In this document: piece by piece, positions 58,956 to 64,000 of the stretch
How the letters are laid out: every line of letters starts with the position of its first letter
Numbering within the stretch: position 1 is the first letter of the stretch
DNA from: Paraspadella gotoi
Lineage: Eukaryota; Animalia; Chaetognatha
NCBI GenBank assembly: GCA_051294375.1
Contig: CM119264.1
Coordinates: 13,536,813 to 13,600,812 of the forward strand
DNA length: 64,000 nt
Direction of reading: 5' to 3'
Notes under the pieces: generated by a model
What the model was told of the DNA's origin: nothing
The model's input: the letters and a program-made list of their open reading frames with translations, nothing else
Database searches by the model: none
Translations under genes and position numbers: made by a program

Positions 58956-61900
58956 ATGATGGACGCCCCCCGAATTGCCAATGGTGTTGCTGGCGCCCCC
59001 AACGAATCCCGGCTGTTGGAATTGATGGAGAGGACGGGTTATCACATGATACAGGAAAATGGACAGCGCAAGTTCGGCGGCCCCCCACCTAATTGGCAGG
59101 GTAATTTGGATTAAATTGGATCATTCACTGTTTAGCGGTGCTACTAAAGTTTTTTATAATTAATTTCCTTGTCAGGTGCCCCACCCTCCAAGGGTTGCGA
59201 GGTGTTTGTGGGAAAAATTCCACGCGATCTCTATGAGGATGAATTAGTTCCAGTGTTCGAGAGGATTGGTCAGCATATACGAGCTGCGACTCATGATGGA
59301 CTTCTCGGGTTCGAATCGCGGTTACGCTTTCGTCATGTACACTTCCTCGGCCGATGCTCGCCGAGCCGTCAAGGTACTTAAGTATTAAGAAGTTGGATCT
59401 CGTGTCGTGATAATCCCATTTTTTGACGAAAAACAGGTTAACGCAAGATTCCATTTAATTTAGTAGATAAACGCGACGACCAATTGGAATTTCATCCCCA
59501 TTTTCCCCTCCCATTCATTTTAGGAATTGAACAATTACGAAATTCGTAAGGGGCGGCTGATCGGTGTTTGCCCCTCGGTGGACAATTGCCGCCTGTTCGT
59601 TGGGGGAATCCCAAAGACCAAGTACAAGGAGGAAATCATCGAAGAAATGAGAAAAGTCACTGACGGCGTTGTGGACGTTATTGTTTATCCCAGCGCTACA
59701 GGTGAAAATGAATGAATGAATGTAGGGTCGACGAGCGATAGGGGTTTTTGGGTAAGGAGTGGTTAGGGTTTAGAGTTAAGATTAAGGCAATTATTTATAA
59801 TGTTACTCATTATAAGCAAACATCCAAGGCGGTGAATGTATAATTTTAGCTTAATTTATTTTTTTCCTTTTCAGATAAGTCCAAAAATCGCGGGTTTGCC
59901 TTCGTCGAGTATGAGAATCACCGGGCGGCTGCGATGGCGCGCCGGAAGCTCAACTTAGGACGTATCCAGTTGTGGGGTCATCAGATTGCCGTCGACTGGG
60001 CCGAACCGGAGCAAGATGTGGATGAAGAAATAATGGTTACTGTAAGTTAAAAATTAGGTTCGGATAATTTAGACCCGCTGGTGACTTTAGCAGTTTTGCC
60101 AATGTTGCCCGTTTCATTGAAAACCAAAGCGACATTTCATTTACTCAGGCTGGTGGATAAACCACTTTCACCTTAGCTGTTTTATTAACTAAACCAACAA
60201 AGTGTGCGATTGTCGGTGAGACGAGCTTCCTTAGACAACCATTGAACTGTATTGGAAACGTTAAAACCAAGCTGTTCCTTCGTCCCTCCCTTTCCTCTTC
60301 TATCCCTTTTCCCTCTCCCGCCTTTTATAATTTTGTAGCGGCCGAGATTCGGCCATCAGTTGTGCAAACAGGTTTCGGCGTGGACGCTCGCAAACAAAAA
60401 AGATGCAGCAGCAGCAGCATTTTTTTAACAAAATTTCAAATTAAAAACTTCAACTTGTTCTCTTTTGCAAACTGTGTCAACACTTCCCCACCCTAAGGAA
60501 AATTTTCGATGAGCGTCTCCACTCTATTGTTAACCGAATATTTACGCGTTTTTCTTTGAGGTTATTTACACAGCCAGCTAAAGGAGTGAGAGTGAGTGAA
60601 CAAAATAAAAAAGGCGACGAACTTTTCAATGTTTATTTTAATTCAGGGAATTTTTCTTTCTCACTCTCGAAATAAAAAACATAAAAAGTCCTGAAAATGA
60701 AATTGTTTTGAGATTTGGCTGATTTCTGATTCTGTGATCTTCTGGGCCAAAGTACAACAATCGTTTTCCTTGACAGGTTAAAGTACTTTACGTTCGTAAC
60801 TTGATGCTGTCTACCACTGAGGAGGCCATAGAAAAATACTTCAACGACTTCATCCCCAACTCGGTGGAGCGAGTCAAGAAGATTCGCGATTACGCCTTTG
60901 TACATTTCAACACTCGTGAAAACGCCGTGTCGGCCATGGAGATGTCCAACGGTTTGTCCAATGTCCATTTTCCTTTTAAGAGAATAGGGATGTAATTTTA
61001 ACGATTTTTACCAATGATTTCGACCAGCGACCAGCGACCAGCGGTTATAACAGATAGCAGACTATAGTTTAATTACTAGCTGGGTTTAATTTTTTATCCA
61101 TTTTTTAATTTTTTAAAAATATTTCTTCTTATTTATAAAACGTTATTTCCACTTTTCAGGCCAACTCTTTAGACGGGAGCAGAGTCGAAGTCGTTTTTGC
61201 CAAACCGCCCGACAAAATCACCCGTCAGCAGAGCAAAAGCGTTAGCTCTCTATTATCGGTAAACTAAAAGGATTTTTTTGCTTTTGTGTGAAAATTTCGA
61301 GGATCGCTACAATCAATACTAACCATTCATATTTTATCTTACGTAATGTTTTTTTTTTACTAATTTAGAATTTTCGCATTTGTTCAGCCGGAATCTGTAA
61401 CCTCTGCGAGTTTGCCTTCTTACTATTTTGACTTGACCAGTCCCTATGCTGGCATGCCCCTTGCTCCGGGCCTGACCACATCCGCAGGTTAAAACTAAAT
61501 TCGGGAAATATAACTCTGTTTTCATGAAACGATAATTGTGTCGTTGATCTCGGAAAACCTTTATCATTATATACAGAAGGCTTCATATTATAAAATGTGG
61601 TACCCCTTTTTTGTGACCAGAATCTGTTCCCACCAAACTACCCAATCGAATTTAATGAAATTTTACATTTAGAGTGCTAATGACTATATAAATGGAACTA
61701 TCGAGGCGAATTTTGATATTCAACCCCTGACAAGAGATACAGGGCCCTGGGGGTGAAAAATGCTAAAATTTTATTTTTTTCACATCTTTATTCGGTTGTC
61801 TTATACACTTACAAATAATTTTTGGTATATATTTTGAATCTCATAATAATAATAATTCTAATCATTAGCGATAACAATATTGACTATAATTCAAAGTTAT

Positions 61901-62071
61901 ATCTTTAAACAATGACCGAAGTAGAAAATAAACCGATTTAACCCATTTGAGTCTCCTGCAGGTGGCCTTTGGAACGAATCAGGCGGCTGCCTTGTCTGCG
62001 CTGCAGATATCCACCCCTGCCGCTGCGGCTGCTGCCGGGGCGCCCGCTGTTCTGGCTCCCGGAGTCACGTC
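58956..62071 (+). CDS. RBM46/RBM47/A1CF-family triple-RRM RNA-binding protein; 3' end lost in a gap; apparent +1 frameshift near 59271
   Basis: [100 protein letters not shown]. Confidence 0.9.
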
Positions 62072-62096
62072 NNNNNNNNNNNNNNNNNNNNNNNNN

Positions 62097-64000
62097 TTTT
62101 TGTTTCTTTCACATCCTCTCTGCCCTACCGTGCGTAATACAACTGTATTTTTTTATATTGGAGTCAGAAGATGGCTTAATTTTGAATTCGCCGATAGTGT
62201 GAGGGGGGTTTAAGAAAAGGGGTAGTTTAAGATTATGGTAATTATTTAATTTTTAAATTTAATTTTTATTATTTTTGTATAATAAAATTTTTATATATTG
62301 GTATTCATACAAAGGTTTCGGCTAATTTTATATTCGCCGATTAATGTTAAAAGGGTTTAAGATTAGGGGTGGTTAGGATTAAGGAGGTTTAGGTTTATGG
62401 GGTTTTGGGTTATGGTCAAGTTTAATATAGATAAGTAATAGTTTNNNNNNNNNNNNNNNNNNNNNNNNNAGAACACCGAATACATAAAAATAGTTGTAAA
62501 TGATGTAAAATAAGATAAATACGGTAAAATTACGCATTCCCCGACTGGGATTTTCGTTCTTATAAATAATATATAAAATATTAAATTAAAAAAAAAAATA
62601 AAACTATTACTTATCTATATTAAACTTGACCATAACCCAAAACCCCATAAACCTAAACCTCCTTAATCCTAACCACCCCTAATCTTAAACCCTTTTAACA
62701 TTAATCGGCGAATATAAAATTAGCCGAAACCTTTGTATGAATACCAATATATAAAAATTTTATTATACAAAAATAATAAAAATTAAATTTAAAAATTAAA
62801 TAATTACCATAATCTTAAACTACCCCTTTTCTTAAACCCCCCTCACACTATCGGCGAATTCAAAATTAAGCCATCTTCTGACTCCAATATAAAAAAATAC
62901 AGTTGTATTACGCACGGTAGGGCAGAGAGGATGTGAAAGAAACAAAAAAGTGCCATCTTTGAAACCTATAAAATCTTAAAGTAAACCCATGAGACACTTA
63001 ATGTGGTAGGTCAGTAAAATTCGATAAAGGCAGGTTTTTTTTTAAATGCTCATTAAAGTTTTTGAAAATTTTTTATAAAATTTTTAAATAGTTTAGTGAA
63101 AATGCTTACAATTTTAATGTCTATACATCTATCATTATCTACAGAGCATAAGCTTTAATTTGAAACCTCTCCCAACTTTTTACAATTTTTTGTTATTGAA
63201 TTATAAGTAAAAATCATAATTAAAAAATTAATAATCAATCAGTTCTTTCAAACGGATTATTTCTTAAAAATAAAAGTACAAATAGGTTCTCAAAATGCAG
63301 TTCTACTTATTAAGCCCTAAAAACAAATTTTTAAAAAAATTTATAGAAATTTATTATAAAAAATAAATAATACAGATAATTAATTTTATTTTTTTAAGAA
63401 AAATGTGATATTTAATTAAAACTTAATCTCAAATAAAATAACAGATAAATATTAGTTGAGCACTTTAATTAAAATCATATCCAGCTTTAAAAAGTAATTA
63501 TATAATTATTACTTATCAAAAAAAAATTTTATTCATAAAATTATATTATAATAATAACTCACTCAATATTTGATATATATTATTAATAGACAAATGTGTA
63601 AAAATATTAACAAACAGAATGCTTTAACTTTTAATACTTAATTAGAGTATATATTAATATTTTCAAAATATTTTTTTCATTTTTAAAATTTTTTATATTA
63701 AAATTATTATTAATTAAAAAAAAAACTTATTTTGAAGCCTAATAAGTAGAACTGTATTTTAAGAACATATTTGTATTTTTATTTTTAAGAAATAATCTGT
63801 TCAATGGTACTAATTGATTAATCTTTTAAAAAAAATATATTTAATTTTTACTTATATTTCAATAGCGAAAAGTAATAGAAAGTTGGGAGTAATTTCAAAT
63901 TAAAGCTTATGCTTTGTAGATAATGATAGACATATAAACATTTAAATTGTAAGCATATTCACTAAACTACTTAAAAATTTTTATAAAAAAATTTAAAAAA
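62097..64000. repeat. Direct (62097-62444) and inverted (62470-64000) near-identical copies of 55455-55802 and ~54405-55933, next to N gaps
   Basis: Near base-for-base identity, including sequence outside the MITE. Probably an assembly artefact. Confidence 0.85.

Overview
AT-rich, intron-dense animal (invertebrate-type) genomic DNA with three N gaps. It opens with the 5' part of an unidentified Q-rich minus-strand gene. Seven co-oriented plus-strand genes follow: HBS1L, RPS7, RPL22, a QSER1/PRR12-like DUF4211 gene, a tandem-CCCH plus C-terminal RING-H2 gene, an acetyl-CoA hydrolase/4-hydroxybutyrate CoA-transferase and an RBM46/RBM47/A1CF-family RRM gene. Introns and spacers are full of small non-autonomous elements, which hold the most interesting signals. 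(i) Two miniature LTR retrotransposon (TRIM) families carry Pol III gene-derived sequence in their LTRs (tRNA-like in sense; 5S-rRNA-like in antisense with compensatory hairpins); they share a TGGTGAGCCC primer-binding site and 4-bp TSDs. (ii) A twister-ribozyme-like motif lies in an intergenic GC island. (iii) Two minimal Penelope-type hammerheads lie in sense orientation in introns of the same gene. (iv) A 1.8-kb head-to-head Helentron/DINE-like palindrome is centred on the element's own 5' hairpin. (v) HBS1L-RPS7-RPL22 form an operon-like cluster. All calls were made by eye, exon boundaries are approximate, and some inversions may be assembly artefacts.
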